DNA of 64,000 nucleotides, taken from NCBI GenBank assembly GCA_964016885.1, contig OZ024743.1, positions 190,092,001 through 190,156,000 on the forward strand, given 5' to 3'. The stretch is from Eledone cirrhosa (lineage: Eukaryota). The translations under genes were made by a program, and so were the position numbers. The notes beneath the pieces are model-generated. The model searched no databases, was not told the DNA's origin, and saw only the letters and a program-made list of their open reading frames with translations. Positions 53,800 to 64,000 of the stretch are shown here, piece by piece. Each line of letters begins with the position of its first letter. Position 1 is the first letter of the stretch.

Positions 53800-56445
53800 A
53801 TGGCCAATATAAGGGTTGGATATGTGAATGTACGCGACCTGGGGATGCCCTGGAAACAGGGCAAACTCATAAACGACCTCAGGTCGCACAGTATGGATGT
53901 AGTAGCAATTTGCGAGTCGAGGATCCACAGTGAGCAACAACTGGCCCCCATCTTCGACGACTTTGAGATCTACGCACCTTTCTGTCATCTGGGAGTGGGG
54001 GTGGAGCTGCCGTTTTGCTGCGGAAACACCTGAACCTCGTAACACAGACGGTACATCTGGACCCGGAGGGCCGACTGTTGGTCCTAGACGTTGACGGTAG
54101 TGAAGGTGGGGCCTTTAGGCTGGTGGCTCTATATGCCCCATCCGGGACACTGCGGCCAGACTTCTCCAAACGTCTAGAGACTTTTCTGGGAACGTCCCGC
54201 TCCTGCTGTTAGTGGGGGACTGGAATGGAGTCCTAGATGCACGTTGGGACTATGTGGGAGCATGTCCGGATAGAGGGTGTGTAACATCCTCAAACAGTTA
54301 ATCGGCCGATTTGACCTGGCCGATAGATATCGACTAGATTTTCCAACTGTGCCACTGTGGACGTGGACTAATAACTGCGGAACATCTAGATCGTACCTAG
54401 ATAGGGTTCTAGTTAGAAAGAAGGATAGGGACATGTTAAGCTGTCCACAAATGTTCATGGTTGCCTATTCAGATCACAAATTAGTGACCTGCTTAGTCAA
54501 CCTTGACAAAACCCATAGACAGGGATCCGGCTACTGGAAGCTGAACTTGTCGTTACCGACATGCAAAGCCTACAGTAGACGGATTAGCACTTTAGTTAAG
54601 CAGCACTTGACGGGGGCCATCGTCAACAACAGATAGTGGTACTCTCTCAAGAGGGCAGTTAGATTAGACTCGATAGGTTTTAGTAAAGAATTAGTGTTAG
54701 ATAGAAATAAGACCGATAAGGAACTGGTAGATAAAGTAGAAGAGGCACTTAGGAGTGGCAACGTAGCCAGCGTGCTAGCAACGAGAACGATATTGGACCA
54801 GTTCTTCGACGCAAAGCATGAAGGCTGCGTTGTCAGAAGCAAAATACGTGCTCTGGGAAACGGAGGAGCCAAAGCTGTTAGCTGGGCCCGAGTGACGGAG
54901 GCGAAAAGTGGCAACAAGTCCACGATTCGGTTTTAGAAGGACCAAGACGGACGCGTGATACGTGAGCCGAAGCAAATGTGCGCGGCCTTTCAGCGGCACT
55001 TTGCTCAACTGTTAGGGCAGTGCGGCGCGCCGGGAGGGGCTATGGATTTCGGTTCATATCTCGACGGCCTACCGCGACTCTCGGACAGCGAGGCGAAGTT
55101 CTGCGAAAGGCCGATTTCGGCCGCTGAGATGGGGGACGCGCTGAGCCAATGCAGCAAACGCAAATCTCCAGGTCTCGACGGTCTACCCTACGAATATTAC
55201 GTAGCAATGCCGGACTTGTTCTCCGGTCTCCTGGAAGCGGTCTGCTGCAACTGGCGGCAGAACGGGAGAATTCCCAGTTCTGTGGCCAAGGGCGTAATCA
55301 CGTTAGTCAGGAAGGACGAGAATAAGGGGGATGACATAGGCAACTTCCGGCCCATAACTCTGCTCAACACAGAGTTACAGATTTTGGCCAAGGTGATGGC
55401 AAAGAGGCTGGCGCTTGTCGTCGAAAACCTGGTGGGAGAAGCGCAGACATGCACAATCCTGACCAGGTCCATACACGACAACCTCCACCTCATGCGATAC
55501 ATCATAGAGAGGGTAGGGTGTAAACCCGGCTTCTGTGGGGCCCTGATCAACTTGGATCTGTCTAAGGCTTTCGATAGAGTTGACCATCGTTACCTGGATG
55601 CGGTGCTCGAGGCGGCAGGCTTCGGTCCCGTGATCAGGGGCTGGATTGCTGCAATGCACAACAGCAACATCTGCTCAAGGGTCAAGGTGAACGGATACCT
55701 CTCGGAGCCGTTCCATATCAAGCGATCCATCCGACAGGGAGTCCCTCTTTCCTCCCTTCTGTACGTACTGACTCTCGAGCCACTACTGCAGAAGTTGGAG
55801 CTATTGCAGGGCATCCCTTTGGAACCGGGACTGCGAAAAGCAGCGTCGGCCTACGCCGACGACGTGACAGTAATGGTGTCGAGCACCTCGCAAATCGCGG
55901 AGATCGGCACCTTACTGGAGGAATACGAAAGGTTCACAGGAGCGAAGCTGAACCGGGACAAATCCGTCGGTTTGCAACTCAGAACGTGGAGAGGCAAACC
56001 GATGCCGTCCGATGACGTCGTCTGACGCTGGACGGAAGGACCGGTAAAGCTGCTCGGGGTCTGGTTTGGTCCTGACTTCCAGGTGGAGAAGAACTGGAAC
56101 GAGGTGACGGCCAAGGTGTTTGCGCTCACCCAGAAGTGGACCGAGTGCAAACTATCCTTTAAAGGTCGAGCGGAGGTGGCGAATACTTTTATAGCGTCCG
56201 TTATCTACTATCCCTTAACCGTTGCGCCCTGTCCAGCCAAAACGCTCACCAAAATGGAAGAAGAATCAGGATGGAGAGAGAGGTGCTGTACCCCAGCAAA
56301 TTTTATAAAAGGTGGGTGAATGTGGCAAAGATAGCCCGAGTGGTTGGGCCTTCTCTCTATATAAGCCTAGCAAATTTTATAAAAGGTGGGTGATTGTGGC
56401 AAAGATGGCCCGAGTGGTTGGGCCTTCTCTCTATATAAGCCTGTA
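53800..56445 (+). pseudogene. Tx1 ORF2 (APE + RT), broken
   Basis: MANIRVGYVNVR, YSDHK, GYWKLN, KAFDRVDH, YADD; ~73-bp tandem duplication at ~56296-56441. Confidence 0.9.
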
Positions 56446-57092
56446 GGTTGAGGAAAAAGAGGAAGAGAGGAAGGGAGTACTCACTCTTGGTGCTCCTGGA
56501 GATGAGGGTTGTACATTTTTTCGGGGTGTGTACAACCCCTGTGTAACACCTCCTCCCTATTGGGGATTTCAATTGTTATTTGTTATTGTAATAATAGTTT
56601 TATTTTCATATACCTGTATGTAAACTCCCCATTTGTATTTGTCCCCTTCTTTTGTGCCCTTGTAGCTAATAAATAAATTTATCTATCTAAACATATCTAT
56701 CTATCTATATATATATATATATATATATATAGCTGTATAGGTTTTAAACTATCTTCCTATCTATCTACATATTTAGCTTGCCATCTACATAATCATCTAG
56801 CTATCTATTCAACCAAACATCCAAACCCACACATTTACTTACCTACATAACCTATTCTCGTAAGGATGTAGTCAGTTAATCAGCATAACCATTTCATTAA
56901 AGTGTTTCGTTTATATACAGTTTAAGTGACGTCAATCAGAATACGAGTTGTTGTAAATAAAGGTAAAATGACATAATCTAGTTTTGCATATATATACTCT
57001 CCTCACACACATGTACACCCCAACACATACACACATACACACGCACACAAACACACACACATGCACACACACACACACACACACGCGCGCAT

Positions 57093-57129
<37 letters not shown>

Positions 57130-57132
57130 ATT

Positions 57133-57320
57133 AATTGTTTCTACTTTAGGCACAAGGCCAGTAATTACCCAGTGCATTACTGGTACTTTATTTTATCGAC
57201 CCCGTAATGATGAAAGGCAAAGTAAACCTCGGCGGAATTTGAACTCAGACCATAAAGGGACGTAACTATGCTGGAAAGCATGGCGTCCGACTCTCTACCG
57301 ATACTGCGAATCCACCGCCC
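57133..57320 (-). mobile_element. SINE family A
   Basis: Full-length copy next to (CA)n 57005-57124. Confidence 0.9.
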
Positions 57321-58296
57321 ATATATATATAATGAATGTTTGCTCTACACAGTTGATCCCTGCTTAATGTTTTGAAACGTGCCCTATATTAGCTATACAG
57401 GTTTATTATGGTCAACTTGAGAATACTTTTCATCGAGCAAGTAAAGATGGTTGACGTTGCTTTGTATGAGGTCTCATAAGATTAAATGTGCATAAATAAG
57501 ATACTTATAATATGGTTATTGAAGTCGAGTATGTGTATATATATATATATATATTGTTATGTGACGACCTGGGTGTATTTTATGTGTGTATTATTTATGG
57601 TTTGTTATATTGAAATCCGGTTATTTTCGGTATATGGAATCATGTGAGGTGGGTGGGGTGAGACCGAAATAGTGGATTAAAGTGGGTACATGTTAGCTGA
57701 GTGTTGATGTTGGATGTCTGAGCTTGTATTTTTCCATGCTGATAGAAAAAGTACTTTTACGTGATGAGCAACTTCAAAATAACTCATTCTTAGTGTTCGG
57801 GTATTTATTGGAGGATTCCGATCCCTGTTTTATCCCGTACTTCTAGTTTAGACAAAGTGAACATCTCTTAGATGTTTGATCTGAATTTATTTAAGGTACT
57901 ACATTTAATTGTGTAAGGTATCCCTTTATCTTTTAGTTTCCAGACATGCTTTGCCAGTGTTGTGGTTGTCTTCTTTTGTTGGAGTCTAAAGTATGTGGTA
58001 TGTGACTAATACCGTTTTATAAAATGGTCTTGTGCCATGCTAACCTATCGCAGTTCTCTGTTTGTTTGGCTGTGCTTGATGTCAATACACTATTGACTTA
58101 ATATTATATCCCTGTTGTACCGGGTAGTTCTCCTTTACCCTACACGATCATCGCGGTTTTCTTCACGTTTCTTCTTATGTGTTATCTTCGAACTCATGGA
58201 AGATCCACAGGAATAACTGATTTTCGCCGACTGCCAACTAAATATTTTACTATAAATTTCTTGATGGGGAAATGTTATATCTCTTAGGTCTAATAA

Positions 58297-60038
58297 CACC
58301 GTGTAACAAAAAAATGTTTCTCTGTTCCTGGCTTGTCATCACTTTTTTTTTGTGTTGCTTGGGTCCCAAATAAATAAAAAAGTGCTATTAAACAGTTAAA
58401 AGGTTGGGTTTGTAAAAATTCTAAGCTATTCACTAGAATTATTTGTATGCTGGATTTTACGTTGTATGTAAGTTTAATTTGCTTATGTTAAATGATTTTT
58501 TTTTATATACGTTTCAGGTTAAATTAAAATTATAAAATAAAGAGTAATACCTAAAGAAAATTATAAAAGTGCAATAAAGTATAACATTGTTAAAAAGTGG
58601 ATTAAAGAGATTTATTGATACTGGATTTTCGCACCCTGAACAAAGGGTAAGTTGTGTTTTAAGCATTCATCTCCAGGTTGAAGCAGTGGAACTTGGTCAA
58701 GGAGGAAGTGCAGGTGACAAGTCAGAGAAGTCGACACGAACCTTTCTCAGGCTTTTACACTCTTAGGTATGGCCTCTACTTCTGCCATGACGTGCCTGGA
58801 CTGTTTGACGTTATTGGGGTGCCGTTTGTGCCCAAGGAGTGGCGGCTATTTATAGACAGCTCCGCCACAAGTTTGAAGGCTGTCCTCCTCCACAATTGAA
58901 ACGAGTTCCCGACACTGCCCCTAGCTCATTCAGTCTGCCTGAAGAAAGATTACTACAGTGTGAAAGTCCTCTTGGAAGCTCTGCAATACAACCAGTACAA
59001 TTGGGAAATCATTGGAGACTTCAAGATGGTGGCTTTCCTGCTTGGACTCCAAGGAGGCTTTATCAAATTCCAATGCTTCCTCTGCCTTTGGGACAGCAGA
59101 GCCACCTCTGACCACTACACAAGAAAGAACTGGGAGCAGCGAACAGAATTTGTAGTTGGGACTCAGAATGCCATGTGGGAGCCACTGGTTGATCCCAGGA
59201 TTGTGCTCATGCCGCCACTACACATTAAGTTGGGGTTGATGAAGCAGTTTGTGAAGGCTCTCAACCAAGAATCAGCCGCTTTTAAGTACCTTCTTGAGTT
59301 CTATCCCAAGTTATCTGAGGCCAAAATCAAAGGTGGAATTTTTGTTGGACCTCAGATAAAGAAGATGTTTGAGTCTACCGAGTTCTCCAATAAGCTCAAT
59401 AGGATTGAGAGAACAGCATGGGAACTGTTTCAAGGCAGTTGTTAAGGGCTTCCTGGGCAACTACAGAGCTGGAAACTACCAGCAACTAGTGCAGGATCTG
59501 ATAAAGGCTCTTGGCGCCATGGGATGCAGTATGTTGCTTAAACTCCATATGCTGGACGCTCACCTGGAAAAATTCAAGGACAATATGGGCGCCTACTCAG
59601 AAGAACAAGGCGAACGATTCCACCAAGATGTGAAAGAGATTGAGCGGAGGTAACAGGGCCACTACAATGAAAAAATGATGGGGACTATATCTGGGGGCTA
59701 GTGCGGGAATGCGACCTGGACTACAACCGCAAATCCAGGAAATCCAGTCATTTCTGACGTGTATAAGTTGCTTTATAAGTGTTATTTGTTTTTACTTGTT
59801 TGCTTTTGATAAGCTTGTGTAATAAAATAAATATATACTCTGTTGATTTAATTATATGAACTGATAAATTAAAAAAATATGTGTTTTTTCTTGAAAAATA
59901 TGAAAATTTCGGAATATCAAACTGCCGACCACAAACCCAAACTTCTGATTAAATAATAGTGTGTTTTCATAATAATGGGATATAGCAAACCATGAAATGA
60001 CACTTAGAACCGGGCAACAAAATATATGATACACGGTG
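58297..60038 (+). mobile_element. Chapaev3-type (CMC) DNA transposon, internally deleted
   Basis: Ends CACCGTGTA...TACACGGTG, 3-bp TSD TAA (58294-58296, 60039-60041). Confidence 0.82.
58669..59757 (+). pseudogene. Chapaev3-like transposase, N-terminally deleted, with stops and frameshift
   Basis: SRLKQWNL, WRLFIDSS..SLKAVLLHN, CFLCLWDSRA, PPLHIKLGLMKQFVKAL, GIFVGPQI, SEEQGERFHQD. Confidence 0.85.
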
Positions 60039-60465
60039 TAATCTTTTAACTACGTTAGTCTTTACTGCTAGCAAGAACTGGGTTGTGAACCATATTATTT
60101 TTCTATGTCTGATTTTAATTATTTTGCAAGGTGTAGACACTATATAATTGCTTTGTTGCAGTAAGGGACATCCTTATAATAAGTATTTGGAGGAAGAAAA
60201 GTTGGAGATCATATGGTTAATGATTTTGATTGGTTGTTAACTTAGATTTAGCCATAGGCGCCTTATCACGTATATAATAAGAAACTAAGATAAATAAATA
60301 GAAGGCTCGCCAATAATGTGTAGTCTTTGAAAACCTAATCCCAAATAAAGTGATATTTGATAATGGAGCTCCTTACTACAACAATGTATTTACAGATAGT
60401 GGCTTCATAGGTAAAATCAAATATATAAATATAGATGAAATTGAATGGTACTTCCGTTGCACGAG

Positions 60466-60559
60466 GAGCTACATTTTTTACATGTGATTTTATAGACCAC
60501 ACATGCTCTCATGCACACTTCTGCATGTGTATATAAAATCACATGTAAAAATGTAGCTC
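60466..60559. repeat. ~94-bp imperfect palindrome (mini-MITE or foldback)
   Basis: GAGCTACATTTTTTACATGTGATTTTATA ... TATAAAATCACATGTAAAAATGTAGCTC. Confidence 0.85.
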
Positions 60560-62467
60560 ATTGTACATCAGAAATACCGATCGGATGCTGCGCATTTGGA
60601 TTAAGGAGCACATGACGACGAGAGTTGTTTCTATTAAAGATCATCTTGACAGATGCCGCAGCCAAGACAGAAAGGAATGTATACAATTTAAGAGGCCATT
60701 ATTGTCACCCCCGCCCCCAGAAAAAAATACAGAAATAAATAATAGATCGGAAATGCACGAGGCAGACAGGTTTATATAGCGACTTCATCTATGCGTATTA
60801 CAGACACGCAGGCCAGTTAAGGAAGAACACATCGATCTTTGGTTTTGTTTTGGATTGTTTCAGCCCACATTTAATTTAAAAACATCATGTTAGCCTTGAA
60901 ATGCCATGCAGAAATACACTGGGTAAAACATTTGCCCTTCGTATTTTTCTGCAGCATTTTACCAGTTTAAAAAAAAAAATTATCGATCTTTTATCATGTA
61001 TATATGTATGTATGTGTAATGGGGTAATCAACAAGATCGAAATCTTATCGTTTTGCAGGTGATGTTCTGGGCATATAATGAACGACGTATTTTCTCATGG
61101 CATCAGGAGCAATCGATTGAAATATACAAAGTCTAAATTTATAAGAGTATGATGTTTGTTCCCATATTGCCATCTTCTTGTTATATCGATGGAGTTCGCA
61201 TTGATTCCGGAAAATATTCCAAATACCATGAAGCGAGTACTCGAGTGCTCGTAATCACATGATCTGTGATACCCCATTACATTACAGTATCTTTAGATTA
61301 AAAACAAATATTTCTATTTCTGCTCTCAGAAAAAACGCTATTACATACTCTACTTGAGTGCTCCTGATGCCACGAGAAATATTGTCTACCTTTATTCCCG
61401 CCAGAGTATCTAAAAAAAAGCGCTCCGGTTTTAGTGGTCTGCTATATGATGTCACTGCTGACTTCCACACACACAACTACCAGCTGGCTAGTGGTAGTGA
61501 TGTCTGAGAGGCAAGCCGAAGAATTATCCCTGAGTAAAATTGCTGGGCAGCCAACTGATGAAATTCAGTGTGTTCGATATTATTTCATAATCATCTGCAA
61601 AACGTGTACTTGATTTACGAATTCAACTCTCAGTTTTGCTAGATCAAATCTACGTGGTCTGGTTAAATGTTAACTTAACTTTCAATTGTGTTGATGTTTG
61701 TTCATATATCATCATCTCCTTTCTATATCGAAAGAATTCGCTTTGATTCCAGAAAATATTTCAGATACCATGAAGAGAGAAGTGAGGGTTGGTGTTATCA
61801 CTCGATTTATTGTACATCATTATGTTCCATGATTCATTCTTCTCTCTACTGATTTCATAATAATTCAATAAACAAGATAAACAACATATTTATATTAGAT
61901 ATCTTCAATTCGAAAATGAAAACAAGTTTAAATTATAGTTTGTAAGAAGTTAAAACATTATGGAAGTCTAAACGTACAATTAAAATTTGTTTGTTATAAA
62001 ATATAACGTTCCATAACTAACCAATATTTATTTGGCTCAAATCAGAACCTAATTCAAAACCTATTCTCGTATATTAGACTCTACAATAACATTATAGGAT
62101 CATAACCAGAGCTCATTAATTCAAATATACTTATTAATTGAAGTACCAACAATTTCAAACATAACGTTCATAGAGTATATTAATAAAAACAGTTAAAAAA
62201 TGATGGCAGGCTAAATCACTTAGTAAGTTTCAATCACTAGGAGAATTATAAGTTATTAAGATATTAATAGCCCAAACAAACTGTATTAACCGAGATGTAA
62301 GAATTATTTCTTAGGATAACAATAATTAGTATAATTAAGTTACAAATATTCAAATATATACATATAGATATAACCATGTACACTCACATATGAATACACA
62401 TATACAATATATATACATATATATAACTATAAAAAATAGTTATCGCTATACATGTCTGAATACAATA

Positions 62468-62992
62468 AATGTCATCTGAGATTTTCGAATATCAATAATA
62501 ATATTTGATTCGTTTGCAATTATGCAAACAGCCTCTTTGAAGCCATGTCAGTAGAATGAGTCCTTCATTCTTGCTCTTGTGTTGGCATGTAAACAGAACT
62601 TCAGACACAAATGTTTCTGAGTGATTACTCTTCATCAGTGAAGTCCACAGTTCACCTGCCAACTGTCAGAGCTAGTGAAAATATATATTCTCTAAAATAT
62701 ACAATGATTGATCCGCCTGATTTGCATAATAGCAGACTGGCTGATCAGTCAAATCTGCATTTTAGCAGATCCACTGATCAGCCAGATTTGCATATCAGCA
62801 GATAAGCCAGTCAGTTTCATGTATACGAGGGATTAATGGCCGGCTTTACCATATTCAATGAACTAAAAACAAGAGAAACACAAGAGCAAGAATGAGGGGC
62901 TCATTCTACTGACATGGCTTAAAAGAGGCTGTTTGCATAATTGCAAACGAATCTAATATTATTATTGATATTCGAAAAACTCAGATTACATT

Positions 62993-62993
<1 letters not shown>
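62468..62993. mobile_element. MITE-like element with ~115-bp TIRs
   Basis: 62468-62582 is the reverse complement of ~62878-62993; internal 33-bp tandem repeat. Confidence 0.8.
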
Positions 62994-63027
<34 letters not shown>

Positions 63028-63030
<3 letters not shown>

Positions 63031-63858
63031 AAATTAAATTAAAGGTTGTCATGTCTGAGAGACATGCGCCATATCCACTGATGAATAAGCTAAAAAATTC
63101 CAATGAATAGATCCGAGCATTTTATATCAACTAGAAATAGATTGACATATATATATATATAAAATAAACATATGAAACAATCACAGGGAATAATTTGTAA
63201 AGTGTGTAACCACACATAGCTAGGTAGGTAACTAATTAAAGTTTAACAGCGTGTGGCTGAGTGGTTAGAGAATTGGATTCGCAATCATAAGGTTGTGAGT
63301 TCGATTCCTGGACCAGGCGATGCGTTATGTCCTTGGGCAAGACACTTTATTTCACGTTGCTCCTTCTACCTGGAGTTGCGACTGATAGATAGTATTAGCA
63401 ATTGGAAAGACCAACGGAAACATTGTTCCCTCGGTCCGATTTGACGAAAGTCGATCGTTCCTTTTTTATATATATCCAAAATTAAATTAAGGGTTGTCAT
63501 GACTGCGAGACATGCGCCATATCCACTGCAGAATAAGCTCAAAGATATATAAAATAAACATATGAAACAATCACAGGGGATAATTTGTAAAGTGTGTAAG
63601 CACACATAACTAGGTAGGTAACTAATTAAAGTTTAATTAGAACTTCAAATATAGATACCTTTTAAAATGATTAATCTCCTTTGTATATATTTCTTGTGAT
63701 TGTTTCATATGTTTATTTTAGATATATATATGTCAATCTATTTCTAGTTGATATGAAATGCTCGGATCTATTCATTGGAATATTTGAGCTTATTCTACAG
63801 TGGATATGGCGCATGTCTCTCAGACATGACAACCCTTAATTTAATTTTGGATATATAT
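63028..63858. mobile_element. MITE/foldback cluster: arm 63028-63246, direct copy 63470-63636, inverted arm 63685-63858
   Basis: aaattaaagggttgtcatgtctgagagacatgcgccatatccactg shared in both orientations. Confidence 0.75.
63249..63365 (+). mobile_element. SINE family B 5' part (tRNA-like head)
   Basis: GTGGCTGAGTGGTTAGAG (A box), GAGTTCGATTCC (B box), then TGTCCTTGGGCAAGACACTTTATTTC. Confidence 0.75.
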
Positions 63859-64000
63859 ACGGCCCCTTAATTGTAGAGCTAACTCAGTTGAATGGACTCG
63901 GCTGCTATTTCTAGCTGTCGATAATCCTATTCACGCCACTGGGATGACGCTGTGCGATGTGTGTATTTTTAAAAAAATGCAACACGTGGTACGAGTCATT

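Larger units (their letters stand above)
51735..56680 (+). mobile_element. Near-full-length Tx1 LINE copy 5 (divergent lineage), internal deletion near 56260
   Basis: ORF1 and ORF2 motifs, 3'UTR hairpin at 56554-56566, terminal CCCTTGTAGCTAATAAATAAAT then (ATCT)n; 5' boundary approximate. Confidence 0.9.
57740..60270 (-). pseudogene. Decayed Penelope-like element (GIY-YIG region) split by the Chapaev3 insertion
   Basis: Minus strand KIIWF..VKTNVVKR|LLDL..FP..KIF..KISYSC reads across the insertion; then TTLAKHVWKLKDKG..RCSLCL. Confidence 0.7.

Noticed and set aside
58647-58676. 30-nt GTAAGT...CCAG mini-intron in the Chapaev3 element
   Set aside because: The apparent acceptor is coding sequence (TCC AGG TTG AAG = SRLK); more likely an internal deletion joining an intron start to mid-CDS.
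63249-63320. Possible tRNA gene
   Set aside because: A and B boxes are present but there is no acceptor stem, and it continues into a SINE body shared with 48565-48850.

Overview
AT-rich, microsatellite-dense eukaryotic DNA. The repeat families point to an animal, probably a cephalopod such as Octopus; this is inferred from SINE resemblance and not verified. I found no credible host gene, rRNA, true tRNA or CRISPR. The window is a transposon graveyard. It holds six substantial L1/Tx1-clade LINE copies (all with broken ORFs) plus a remnant, two Dong/R4 3' fragments, decayed Penelope/RTE/R4 pieces, about 12 tRNA-derived SINEs, a composite non-autonomous Helitron, a Chapaev3-type DNA transposon and several MITE-like inverted repeats. 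Four observations stand out. (1) All four divergent Tx1 lineages with an ORF1/ORF2 junction keep a perfect 5' splice site (GTRAGT) containing a stop codon, followed by a pyrimidine tract and an AG at ORF2 codon 5. This suggests a 47-58 nt mini-intron that could fuse ORF1 to ORF2 in frame. (2) The dominant SINE shares a register-matched 3' terminus with the Tx1 LINEs. (3) One Tx1 insertion is flanked by a ~526-bp direct duplication, and a chimeric Tx1 sits at the junction of a 7,666-bp-period duplication. (4) Different lineages sit in different microsatellites: (TTA)n, (TATC)n and (TATG)n.
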